A DNA stretch of 64,000 bases from Mustelus asterias (taxonomy: Eukaryota). The number at the start of each line of letters is the position of its first letter. Position 1 is the first letter of the stretch. Below the pieces are notes generated by a model. That model made no database searches. It was given only the letters and a program-made list of their open reading frames with translations, and was not told where the DNA came from. The position numbers and the translations under genes are program-made. This document shows positions 1-11,627 of this stretch, one piece after another. The stretch covers positions 116,746,001 through 116,810,000 of the forward strand of contig NC_135803.1 in NCBI RefSeq assembly GCF_964213995.1. Direction: 5' to 3'.

Positions 1-687
1 CCCGGGGCTGAATTCTCCAGGCCCGCTGGCATCTCCCACCCCATCCGGAGTATTTCACTTCAGCGGGGCTCAGACTTGCTTCCCACTTTTGGGGAACTAG
101 TGGCCTGACCCCGCTGGAGTGAAGTGGGAGGCAATCAGGGCCCCCCAGGGGGTTGGGCAGCAGGGGGGCACCTTGGCACTGCCCATTGGGCATCGGACAG
201 TGCCAAGGGGGTGGGGTCTGCTGGGGGCAGGGCCTAGGGGGTGATTGGTGGGGGTGGGGGGATCCCGCTGCCACTCTGCCATTGGGATCGATGTAGACTA
301 GCAGGAGGTCAGTGATCGGGTGGTAGGGGGATCGTCACTGCTGGGGGGGAGGGGTGGCTGTAGATCGGGTGGTCCAGGACTGGGGAGTTCGGGGCTGGCC
401 CACAAATGGACAGGGGGCTAGCGATTGAGCTGGCCATCAAACTGCAGGCTGACAGAGAGGGGCCACTGCGCATGCACAGAGGCCCGGTACTGTCTGCCTC
501 CAGCGTGAAAAGCCCCCCCCCCCCCCCCCCCCCCACCCCGAGCTTTTAATGATATTTCCGATTGTGACCTCTGCATTGCACAGAGTGTGGGAGATTCTTG
601 TCTGAAGTCACACTGAAAAAGCCAGCATGACTTACACCAGTTTTCCCGTGAATTCAACATTTAGAACTTTTTTGGTAGAATCTGCTA
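1..687 (-). mobile_element. Non-autonomous DNA transposon (MITE-like), GC-rich, left end outside the window
   Basis: 632-685 is the reverse complement of the terminal region of the element at 13154 (attctaagtgttgaat...aaaactggt). The GC-rich interior resembles the copies at 13154 and 19147. Confidence 0.6.
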
Positions 688-694
688 CTATATC

Positions 695-886
695 ACTGTT
701 CCTTCACTGTCACTGGGTCAAAATCCTGGAACTCTCTCCATAACAGCACTGTGAGTGTACCTACACCACAGGGACTGCAGCAGTTCAGGAAAGCAACTCA
801 CCACCACCTTCGCCAGGGCAACAAGGGATGGGCAATAAATGCTGGTCTCGTCAGCGACACCCACACACAACGAATTCATAAAAAAT
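695..886 (+). mobile_element. 3' end of a non-LTR retrotransposon
   Basis: Ends in AATAAA and an A-run. Homologous reverse copies lie at ~9755-10165 and ~22510-23030. Confidence 0.55.
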
Positions 887-1488
887 ATTATCCCCCAGTT
901 AGAAGTAAAGTTTTTCTGTTATTCATGTTTTTAAGAGGTTTGAATGAAGTAACTGAACTGTTGCATAATGAAATTCTAATTATGCTAAAGACTTGATTCA
1001 AAATACCTCATGGTTTGAAATAAAATACCTACAGATACTAACATTTTTCCTTTAGAAAGCATAGTTTTACTGACGTTTTTTGACTCAAATTATATTCAGA
1101 AATGGTATGGTCAACACATTGTCTTACAACTCTTGCACTTCAAAATATAACACGACACCACTGATCACAATATTAAGTATTTACAGACAAGTTTTAAAGT
1201 GGCACTATTGCTGCCTTTACAGTAATGTTGTTTGTTCTAAAAGGTATTGTTCAGACATACTAAAACTTGTAAAACAGTGCCACCTCCAGACTAGTGGTGG
1301 AACTACCACTATTAGGAATATTCAAATGGTTTCTGGACTAACCTCCGCAGAAGCTTGTTGAACTGCATAAAGAATGTTTCTATGTAGATGGCTCATAAAA
1401 TCAGTTTTACAGTTTAGTTTTTTTTAATGTGATATTGAGGGAGATTTTTAACAGCCTGAAAAACAAGCAACTGGCAATCGACAATCTG

Positions 1489-3240
1489 GTAAGAAGTTTA
1501 ACAACACCAGGTTAAAGTCCAACAGGTTTATTTGGTAGCAAAAGCATCACAAGCTTTCGGAGCCCCAAGCCCCTTCTTCAGGTGAGTGGAAATTCTGTTC
1601 ACAAACAGGGCATATAAAGACACAAACTCAATTTACATGAATAATGGTTGGAATGCGAATACTTACAGCTAATCAAGTCTTTAAGATACAAACAATGTGA
1701 GTGGAGAGAGAGCATCAAAACTGGCTAAAGAGATGTGTATTGTCTCCAGACAGGTCCAGGCAAGCTGTGGGGATTACAAATAGTGCGACATGAACCCAAT
1801 ATCCCGGTTGAGGCCGTCCTCATGTGTGCGGAACTTGGCTATCAGTCTCTGCTCAGCGACTCTGCGCCGTCGTGTGTCGTGAAGGTCACCTTGGAGAACG
1901 CTTACCCGAATATCAGAGGCCGAATGCCCGTGACCACTGAAGTGCTCCCCACCAGGAAGAGAACAGTCTTGCCTGGTGATTGTCGAGCGGTGTTCATTCA
2001 TCCGTTGTCGCAGCGTCTGCATGGTTTCCCCAATGTACCATGCCTCGGGACATCCTTTCCTGCAGCGTATCAGGTAGACAACGTTGGCCGAGATGCAAGA
2101 GTATGTACCGTGTACCTGGTGGATGGTGTTCTCACGTGAGATGATGGCATCTGTGTCGATGATCTGGCACGTCTTGCAGAGGTTGCTGTGGCAGGGTTGT
2201 GTGGCGTCGTGGTCACTGTTCTCCTGAAGGCTGGGTAGTTTGCTGCGGACAATGGTCTGTTTGAGGTTGTGCGGTTGTTTGCAGGCAAGAAGTGGGGATG
2301 TGGGGGTGGCCTTGGCGAGATGTTCGTCTTCATCAATGACATGTTGAAGGCTCCAGAGGAGATGCCGTAGCTTCTCCGCTCCGGGGAAGTACTGGACGAC
2401 GAAGGGTACTCTGTCCACCGTGTCCCGTGTGTGTCTTCTGAGGAGGTCGGTGCGGTTTTTCACTGTGGTGGGTCGGAACTGTTGATCGATGAGCCGAGTG
2501 CTATATCCTCTTCTTATGAGGGCATCTTTCAGCGTCTGGAGGTGTCTGTTGCGATCCTCCTCATCCGAGCAGATCCTGAGTATACGGAGGGCTTGTCCGT
2601 AGGGGATGGCTTCTTTAACGTGTTTAGGGTGGAAGCTGGAGAAGTGGAGCATCGTGAGGTTATCCGTGGGCTTGCGGTATAGTGAGGCGCTGAGGTGACC
2701 GTCCTTAATGGAGATGCGTGTGTCTAAGAATGCAACCGATTCCAGAGAGTAGTCCATGGTGAGTCTGATGGTGGGATGGAACTAGTTGATGTCATCATAT
2801 AGTTGTTTCAGTGATTGTTCACCATGAGTCCAAAGGAAGAAAATGTCATCGATGTATCTAGTGTATAGCATCGGTTGAAGGTCCCGTGCGGTGAAGAAGT
2901 CTTGTTCGAACCTGTGCATGAAGATGTTGGCATATTGAGGTGCGAATTTGGTCCCCATGGCTGTTCCGTGTGTCTGGATGAAGAACTGGTTGTTGAAGGT
3001 GAAGATATTGTGGTCCAGGATGAAGCGGATGAGTTGTAAAATTGCATCTGGAAACTGGCAGTTGTCGGCGCTGAGCACTGAGGCCATTGCAGCAATGCCA
3101 TCGTCATGGGGGATGCTGGTGCAGAGTGCCGAGACATCCATTGTGATGAGGAGTGCTCCTGGTTCAACTGCTCCATGTGTGCCGAGTTTCTGTAGGAAGT
3201 CCGTAGTGTCGCGACAAAAGCTGGGGGTTCTTTGTACAAT
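1489..3240 (-). mobile_element. Penelope-like retroelement (RT + GIY-YIG endonuclease), 5'-truncated, with pLTR at ~1489-1750
   Basis: RT motifs GTAMG and YTRYIDD (2782-3240) continue in frame across one premature TAG (2782-2784) into ORF 1774-2757. That ORF has a Cys-rich linker (CHSNLCKTC) and the GIY-YIG-type NVVY...WYIGET motif. A direct repeat caatcgacaatctggt flanks the element at 1475-1490 and 3261-3276. Confidence 0.92.
1548..1584 (-). ncRNA. Minimal hammerhead-ribozyme motif in the Penelope pLTR
   Basis: The minus strand reads CAC-CUGAAGA-A-GGGGC uuggg GCUCC-GAAA-GC-UU-GUG: conserved core, stem II, palindromic stem III and stem I CAC/GUG. Confidence 0.7.
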
Positions 3241-3764
3241 CGACAATCCGTACAATCGTACAATCGACAATCTGGTCAGGGTCCTAGGGACACCAACATG
3301 CTTACCTGAATCACCTTAAATACGTGCTGAGAACTCCTGCCCAAAAGAGGCAGGAAACAGTTTAAATATGTAAGTTGTAATCCTCTATTTGACTGCAAGT
3401 GTCAAGCAGAACTGAACAAAGCTTACATGACACGTGCCAATCATACTTTCCCCAGGGCTTGAGAAACCTGGACGGCAATCTTTAAAGTGGCCAATTAAAG
3501 GCTATTCCCAAAAGATACGTTTCAGGGTTTTTTTTAAAGACAAGAGCAGGTGTGTTTCCCCAAGCCCGGCAAACATTATCTGGCCTACTCTTGGCTCCCT
3601 CCCTGACAGCCGGCCCTCCCCAATAGGCCTAACTGGCTACCCAACAGCAAGCATCAGATTCTCCTCCTCAGCATCTGCATCAAGGCTGCTATTTGGCATC
3701 TGCAATACACTGAAAAAATGTTAAGATCTGAACCTGAGAGTGGCTTGAAAATCCCACATGCCAG

Positions 3765-3945
3765 AAAAGCAAAACATTGCAGATGCTGGAAATCTGACTA
3801 GAAAGGCAGAAAATGTTGGAAATACTCAATAGGCCTAATAGCATCTGTGAGGAGAAACAGAATTTAATGTTTCATCACAACCTGGAACGTTAACCTCTTT
3901 ATGTGGATGTCTCTGCTGAGTATTTCCAACATTTTCTGCCTTTAT
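3765..3945. repeat. Degenerate fold-back (inverted-repeat) interspersed element
   Basis: aaaggcagaaaatgttggaaatactca (~3802-3828) pairs with tgagtatttccaacattttctgccttt (~3917-3943). Confidence 0.55.
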
Positions 3946-4146
3946 TCTCAACTGCCATGTTGGGCAGGTACCAAAGGTCTCTTTCCAGTATGATATCCGT
4001 TCAATATCTAAAGTTTTGTGAAAACTGAATCTTCGCACCTGAGCACAGGTTTCTGACTGAGAGCAAGTAACATTTGGAGGATAGCAAAGGGACTTTGTAG
4101 TCAAGCAGGTTGTCACACTTGTGTTTTGTTCACTGAATCTAAGCTG

Positions 4147-4471
4147 GAATCATAGAATACCTATAGTGCAGGAGGAGGCTATTCGGCCCATCAAGTCTGC
4201 ACCGACAACAATCCCACCCTGGCCCTATCCCCCTAACACTACATATTTACCCTACTAATCCCCTGAACTCTAAGGAGCAAGTTAGCATGGCCAATCAACC
4301 TAACCCACACATTTTTGCACTGTGGGAGGAAACCAGAGCGCCCGGAGGAAACCCACGCAGACATGGGGAGAATGTACAAACTCCAGACAGGCAGTCACCC
4401 AAGTGGGGATCGAACGCAGGTCCCTGGCGCTGTGAGGCAGCAGTGCTAACCACTGTGCCACCTCGCTGCCC
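4147..4471 (-). mobile_element. tRNA-derived HE1/V-SINE-type SINE, CR1-like tail (tail A)
   Basis: Pol III A/B-box head (gtggttagcactg...gttcgatcc), conserved core and a (tatgattc)-type tail. Confidence 0.85.
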
Positions 4472-5074
4472 TGAGTTAGCTTATCTCAGGCAGAGGGATT
4501 GGTTTCAATTAGCTTGAGCACCTTGATATAGGGAGTGGAAAATCTTGCAATGTTTCCAATCCTAATTGGATAAAACAACTGATGAAGAGTAGGACATGTT
4601 CAAAAAAGAATTCAGTTTAATACAATACTGGCATAAACCTTTAAGGGGTAAGAGTTCTTAAAGTTTAGGGCTTTTGAGGTACAAAACTCTTAATTAAAAT
4701 CTCTAAAGTTCTGAATTCTTAGCTGCAACCACTGGGGTCCTCAGTTGTGCCTGACCGAACAAGTTATGAATAATTAGCATTGATGAATCAAGTAGAACTT
4801 ATTAAGCAAAATTTTACAAATACTTAACAAAAAAACCAAGACAACATGGATGTTTCTTATCCCTGAAGGTCCTAGGATTCCTTGAGCATTGCCAGCCTTG
4901 CTTCATCTGTGCCTGAAGTGATGTTACTGTTTTTCAGATGAAGCATCCCACAGAAGCCATGGTGAAGCTATGCTTCAGGACACTAATGGTTTGCTCCATG
5001 AGGTTCCTTGTGGCTGCATGATTCTTGTTATACGTACAGTATCTTCGTATAGTGAGGTTGAGGAGTCAAGTCCT

Positions 5075-6142
5075 GCTCCAGAAACTCATCCACGAAACTC
5101 ATCTCCAAACTCCGTGGCCTGGGCCTCGGCACCTCCCTCAATGAATGGATCCTGAACTTCCTAACTCTCAGACCACAATCAGTAAGGATAGGAAACAATG
5201 CCTCCTCCACGATCACCCTCAACACTGGTGCCCCACAGGACTGTGTTCTCAGCCCCCTACTATACTCCTTATACACCTATTACTGTCTGGCCAAATTCCC
5301 CTCCAATTCGATTTTCAAGTTTGCTGCCAACACCACCGTAGTGGGTCGGATTTCAAACAATGACGAGATAGAGTACAGGAATGAGATAGAGAATCTGGTG
5401 AACTGGTGCGGCAACAATAATCTCTCCCTCAATGTCAACAAAACGAAAGAGATTGCCATCGACTTCAGGAAGCGTAAAGGAGAACATGCCCCTGTCTACA
5501 TCAATGGGGACAAAGTAGAAAGGGTCGAGAGTTTCAAGCTTTTAGGTGTCCAGATTACCAACAACCTGTCCTGGTCCCCCCATGCTGACACTATAGTTAA
5601 GAAAGCCCACCAACACTTCTACTTTCTCGACTCTCATCAACTTTTACAGATACACCATATAAAGCATTCTTTCTGGTTGTATCACAACTTGGTATGGCTC
5701 CTGCTCTGCCCAAGTCCGCAAGGAACTACAAAAGGTCGTGAATGTAGCCCAATCCATCACGCAAACCAGCCTCCCATCCATTGACTCTGTCTACACTTCC
5801 CGCTGCCTCAGCAAAGCAGCCAGCATAATTAAGGGCCCCACGCACCCTGGACATTCTCTCTTCCACCTTCTTCCTTTGGGAAAAAGATACAAAAATTTGA
5901 GGTCATGTACCAACCGACTCAAGAACAGCTTCTTCCGTGCTGCTGTCAGACTTTTGAATGGACTTACCTTGCATTAAGTTGATCTTTCTCTACACCCTAG
6001 CTATGACTGTAACACTACATTGTGCATTCTCTCGTTTCCTTCTCTATGAACTGTGTGTTTTGTCTGTATAGCTTGCAAGAAACAATACTTTTCACTATGT
6101 TAATTCATGTGACAATAATAAATCAAATCAAATCAAATCAAA
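5075..6142 (+). mobile_element. Rex1/Babar-like LINE, 3' part (RT C-terminal region), degenerate
   Basis: Translation gives [17 protein letters not shown]...[10 protein letters not shown]...LNVNKTKE. The 3' UTR ends in (AAATC)n. A second copy lies at 44188-45441. Confidence 0.75.
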
Positions 6143-6584
6143 GATGCACAATGGATATCCCTGTCATTACCAAACAGCAACCCATTTGTTCGCTGTGGTG
6201 GCTCAAGAGCAGTGGGTACATCTGACTGCCTCAGGATAAAAGCATTGTGGTTCTTGCTGCCAGGATATCAGACACTCAGTGACATGATTTCTATGCATGT
6301 TCAGACACCAACTGCAGACTGATGGAGACCTTGCGTTTCCCATACATCTCCCCATTGACATGTGGGACTGGTAGAGCATCTTGCCTGCACCACTGGGAAT
6401 CCCGCTTCCTGGAGCGGCCACATGTTCACTGCTACTACTCTTTAGTCAGAGAAAAGACAATGACATCCTTGCTCATAACATTCAGGGCCTCTTGTCACCC
6501 TCCAAATATAGCAATCGACAACTAATTGTTGGTGATGTTGCTGGCTCTGGCCTGGTGAGATTCATTTGTATAGAAAGTGTGTGA

Positions 6585-6978
6585 GACGGCACGGTGGCAC
6601 AGTGGTTAGCACTGCTGCCTCACAGCTTCAGGGACCTAGGTTCGATTCCCAGCTTGGGTCACTGTTTGTGTGGAGTTTTCATATTCTCTCCATGTCTGCG
6701 TGGGTTTTCTCCGGGTGCTCTGGTTTCCTCCCACACTCCAAAGATGTGCAGGTTAGGTACATTGGCCATGCTAAATTCTCTCTTAGTGTCCCAAGATATG
6801 TAGATTAAGGGGATTAGCAGGGTAAATACTTGGGGTTGCGGGGAAAGGTCTGGGTGGGATTGTGCCTTAGTGTCAGGGGGATTACGTGGGGTTACAGGGA
6901 TAGGGCCTGGGTGGGATTGTTGTCAGTACAGACTTGATGGGCTGAATGGCCTCCTTCTGCTCTGTAGGGATTCTATGA
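6585..6978 (+). mobile_element. HE1/V-SINE-type SINE (tail A)
   Basis: ggcacggtggcacagtggttagcactg head, B box ggttcgattcc, tail gggattctatga. Confidence 0.88.
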
Positions 6979-6999
6979 AACACAGGATCTGAGTATCTT

Positions 7000-9585
7000 T
7001 TAAACAGTGAACATGGACATCCAAATAAATTTGAGTCCTTGCACAGAATACATTAAAATTAGTAGTCTGGTGCAAAGGTTAATCAACAAGGTTGATTGGA
7101 GAGAGTAGAAGTTAAAGGAGAGGGTAGAAGTGCAGGTTAATGGAGCTGAAGGCTCAGGAGCGGTCAGTAAAGTTTCCAGACCATGTAATAGAACAAAGAG
7201 TATAGAAGGTGGCAGGAATCTAACCTCAGGAAAAGCAAAAAAGATGACAAGTATGAGAAGGCAGGTGGTCAATGCAGGACTGAGGGTGTTGTACCTAAAT
7301 GCGCGCACTATACGGAACAAGGTAAATGAGCTTGTTGCGCGCATTGAAATTGGTTGGTACGATGCTGTGGGCATCACAGAGACGTGGATGCAAGGGGATC
7401 AGGGCTGGGATCTAAATATCCAAGGATATGTGTCCTATCGGAAGGACAGGCAGATGGGCAAAGGGGGCGGGGTTGCGTTGTTAGTAAGGAATTAAGTTAA
7501 ATCGATAGCAAGAAGTGATGTAGGATCAGAAGGCATAGAATCTCTGTGGGTAGAGTTGAGGAATCGCAATGGTAAAAAGACCCTGATGGGAGACCCTGAT
7601 GGGAGCCTCCTAGCAGTAGTCAGGATGTGGGGCAGAAAATATATCAGAGAGGTAGAAAAGGCCTATAAAAAAGGCAATATTACAATAATCATGGGGGACT
7701 TCAATATGCAGGTGGACTGGGAAAATCAGGTAGGTAGTGGATCCCTTCTTAAACAGCGGTGTTACATTAGCTACTTTCCAGTCCTCTGGTATCCTAGAAA
7801 CCATAGAAACTCTACAGTGCAGAAAGAGGCCATTTGGCCCATCGGGTCTGCACCGACCATTATCCCACCCAAGTCCTACCCCCATACCCCTACAGCCGGC
7901 CCTCCCCATATTAACCCGCTAATCCCTCGAACCTACACATCTCAGTACACTAAGGGGCAATTTTAGCATGGCCAATCAACCTAACCCGCACATCTTTGGA
8001 CTGTGGGAGGAAACCGGAGCACCCGGAGGAAACACACGCAGACACGGGGAGAATGTGCAAACTCCACACAGACAGTGACCCAAGCTGGGAATCGAACCCA
8101 GGTCCCTGGAGCTGTGAAGCAGCAGTGCTACCCAGAGGACTGGAAAGTAGCTGATGTAACACCGCTGTTTAAGAAGGGAGGGAGGCAGCAGACAGGAAAC
8201 TATAGGCCGGTTAGCCTGACTTTGGTCATTGGCAAGATTTTAGAGTCCATTATTAAAAATGAGATCGCGGAGAACTTGGAAGTGCATGATAAAATAGGAC
8301 TGAATTAGCACGGCTTTGTCAAGGGGAGGTCATGTCTGACAAATCTGTTAGAGTTATTTGAGGAGGTAACAAGGAAGTTAGATAAAGGAGAACCAGTGGA
8401 TGTGATTTATTTAGATTTCCAGAAGGCCTTTGACAAGGTGCCGCATAGGAGACTGTTAAATAAGTTAAGTGCCCATGGTGTTAAGGGTAAGATCCTGGCA
8501 TGGATAGAGGATTGGCTGACTGGCAGAAGGTAGAGAGTGGGGATAAAGGAGTCTTTATCAGGATGGCAGCCAGTGACTAGTGGTGTGCCTCAGGGGTCAG
8601 TGCTGGGACCACAACTTTTCACAATATACATTAACGATTTGGAGGAAGGAACTGAAGGCACCATTGCTAAGTTTGCAGATGATACAAAGATATGTAGAGG
8701 GACAGGTAGTATTGAGGAAGCAGGGAGACTGCAGAAGGACTGGGACAAGCTAGGAGGGTGGGCAAAGAAGTGGCAGATGGAATACAATGTGGAAAAGTGT
8801 GAGGTTATGCATTTTGGAAGGAGGAATGGAGGCACAGACGATTTTCTAAATGGGAAAATGCTTAGGAAATCAGAAACACAAAGGGACTTCGGAGTCCTTG
8901 TTCAAGATTCTTTTAAGGTTAACATGAAGGTTCAGTCAGCAGTTAGGAAGGCAAATGCAATTCTAGCATTCATGTTGAGAGGTCTAGAATACAAGAGCAG
9001 GGATGTACTTCTGAGGCTGTATAAGGCTCTGGTCAGACCCCATTTGGAGTATTGTGAGTAGTTTTGGGCCCCATATTTAAGGAAGGTTGTGCTGGCTGCT
9101 GAAAGGGTCCAGAGGAGGTTCACAAGAATGATCCCTGGAACGAAGAGCTTGTTGTCTGAGGAACGGTTGAGGACTCTCGGTCTGTACACATTGGAGTTTA
9201 GAAGGATAAGGGGGGATCTTATTGAAACTTACAGGATACTGCGAGGCCTGGATAAAGTGGACGTGGAGAGGATGTTTCCACTAGTAGGAAAAGCTAGAAC
9301 CAGAGGGCACAGCCAGATGATCCTTTAAAACAGAGATGAGGAGGAATTCCTTCAGTCAAAAAGTGGTGAATCTGTGGAACTCTTTGCCGCAGAAAGCTGT
9401 GGAGGCCAGATCATTGAGTGTCTTTAAGACAGAGATAGATAGGTTCTTGATTAATAAGGGGATCAGGGATTATGGGGGAAAGGCAAGGGAATGGGGGGTG
9501 AGAAAAATATCAGCCACGATTGAATGGCGGAGCAGACTCAATAGGCTGAGCAGCCTAATTCTGCTCCTATGTCTTATGGTCGTAT
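7000..9585 (+). mobile_element. CR1-clade LINE, rearranged: APE endonuclease (~7280-7740) and RT (8131-9585), interrupted by a SINE and an inversion
   Basis: YLNARTIRNK...GITETW...RKDR...GGGVALL...IMGDFN (EN); PEDWK...NYRPVSLT, GVPQGSVLGP, KFADDTK (RT). Several stops and frameshifts. Confidence 0.9.
7795..8130 (-). mobile_element. HE1/V-SINE-type SINE, young subfamily, 5'-clipped
   Basis: Near-identical to the copies at 10740 and 62055 but lacks the first ~25 nt of the head. Confidence 0.88.
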
Positions 9586-9754
9586 AAGGTTAATAGAATA
9601 AATTTATAAATGTGTATATTTTCCAAAATATTACCAGAGCTCCAAGGATTAGATTATAATAAGAGATGACTTGCATTTCTTGGAATATAGAAAGTTTAAT
9701 GATGCTTTGATTGAGAGTTTTAGGATTTTGAAAAAAACTGATAGTTTTGTATTA

Positions 9755-10165
9755 ATTCTTTCATGGCATGTGAGCATTGCAAGCAAAGCCACATTTATTG
9801 TCAATCCCTTTTTGCCCTTGAGGGGCTGCCTTCGTGAACTGTTGCAGTCCATGTGGTGTAGGTACACCCACAGTGCTGTTAGAAACAGAGTTCCAGGATT
9901 ATGATCCAGCAACAGTAAAGGAATGGCAATATAGTTCCAAGTCAAGAAGATGAGTGGCCTAGAGGGAAATATTCAGATGGTGGTGTTACCATGCATCTGC
10001 TGCTCTTGTCCTCTAGGGGGTAGAAGTTGTGTGTTTGGAAGGTGCTGTCAAAGGAGGCTTGGCGAGTGGCTGCAGTCTATCTGGTAGATGATACACATTG
10101 CTGCCACTGTGCATTAGTGGTGGAGGGAGTGAATGCTTAAGGTGGTCGATGGGATGCTGATCAAG
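9755..10165 (-). mobile_element. Non-LTR retrotransposon 3' fragment
   Basis: Reverse-complement homology to 695-886. Confidence 0.55.
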
Positions 10166-10739
10166 CAGACATGGTTGGGAGGGGCTGGCATGCATGGGAA
10201 GAGTGGTATGGGTTGGGGATGGCATGGTTGGGAGGGGATGGCATGGGAAGAGTGGCATAGGAGTGTTGGATGAGATGATGGAATTGGTTAAGTATACAAA
10301 TTTGGCAGCATATGTTTCGTGGGTCTCTGTTATTATAAAAGCAATAACGACAATTACATTTTCTGCCTCGTGATATTATAATAACTTTTTTCTGGTTGGA
10401 CTTTTTCCATTTTGCCTCAGGATCTGTCCTTTTCATACTGTCCTGGTTCACCTAACTCTATTTTTATACATCCACCCAGACATTCTGCTGGTTCTATTTA
10501 CCAGAAGATTTTTCCTTCAGTCTATTGGGTTTTTTGTATATTTTATTAGTTTAATTGCTGTCTTTGTTCTGGTGAATTATTTTTGCTTTATTTCAGTCTG
10601 TGGTCATATTTTTGGTCTTTTCTCTCCTTTAATTTTCTTGTTCAGTTGTTTCATTTCCTTGTTTTCTAGTTGTTACTTTCAACATGCCCTACATTTTTTG
10701 TAATTTTATCAAAGCTACAGTATTTTATCTTAGCAATCT

Positions 10740-11080
10740 TAGAAACCCTACAGCACAGAAAGAGGCCATTCGGCCCATCGAGTCTGCACCGACCACAATC
10801 CCACCCAGGCCCTATCCCCATATCCCTACATATTTACCCACTAATCCCTCTAACCTACGCATCCCAGGACACTAAGGGCAATTTTAGCACGGCCAATCAA
10901 CCTAACCCGCACATCTTTGGACTGTGGGAGGAAACCGGAGCACCCGGAGGAAACCCACGCAGACACGAGGAGAATGTGCAAACTCCACACAGACAGTGAC
11001 CCAAGCCGGGAATCGAACCCAGGTCCCTGGAGCTGTGAAGCAGCAGTGCTAACCACTGTGCTACCGTGCCGTGCCGCCCG
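10740..11080 (-). mobile_element. HE1/V-SINE-type SINE, young subfamily
   Basis: Full head, core and tail on the minus strand. Confidence 0.9.
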
Positions 11081-11315
11081 CCTTTCTTCCCATGCCATCC
11101 CCTCCCAACCATGCTATCCCCAACCCATACCACTCTTCCCATGTATGCCCGCTTATTAAAGCTAGAGTAGCTTTTCTGTGTGATTAATACACAAACTGAG
11201 ACTGGTTGCTGCATTCAACGTGAAACAGTGGGTTACAAATCACAGAATGTCACAGCGAACAATTCAACTATCGGCTTCAGTCAGAATCACTCAAGCTTCG
11301 ATATTAACCCCAATT

Positions 11316-11627
11316 GATAGAATCCATGCAGCGCAGCTGGAGTCTGCACCGACTCTCCGAAAGTGCACCCCACCCAAGCCCGTAACCCTGCACGTTTAGC
11401 ATGGCTAGTCCACCTAATCTACACACCTTGGGACACTAAGGGGCAATTTAGCATGGCCAATCCATCTAACCTGCACATCTTTGAACTGTGGGAGGAAACT
11501 GCAGGAAACCCACACAGACACAGGGAGAATGTGCAAACTCCACACACATAGTCAACGAAGTCTGGAATCAAACCCGGATCCCTGGCGCTGTGAGGCAGCA
11601 GTACTAAACTCTGCGCCACCATGCCAC
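11316..11627 (-). mobile_element. HE1/V-SINE-type SINE (older)
   Basis: Diverged copy of the same head and core. Confidence 0.8.

Noticed and set aside
4939-5030. Possible exon after ttttcag (e.g. the 3' end of a neighbouring gene such as FRMD4B)
   Set aside because: No recognisable protein similarity in any frame and no clear donor site.
10260-10735. Strongly T-skewed segment, possible decayed retroelement ORF on the minus strand
   Set aside because: Multiple stops and no motif that could be assigned confidently by eye.
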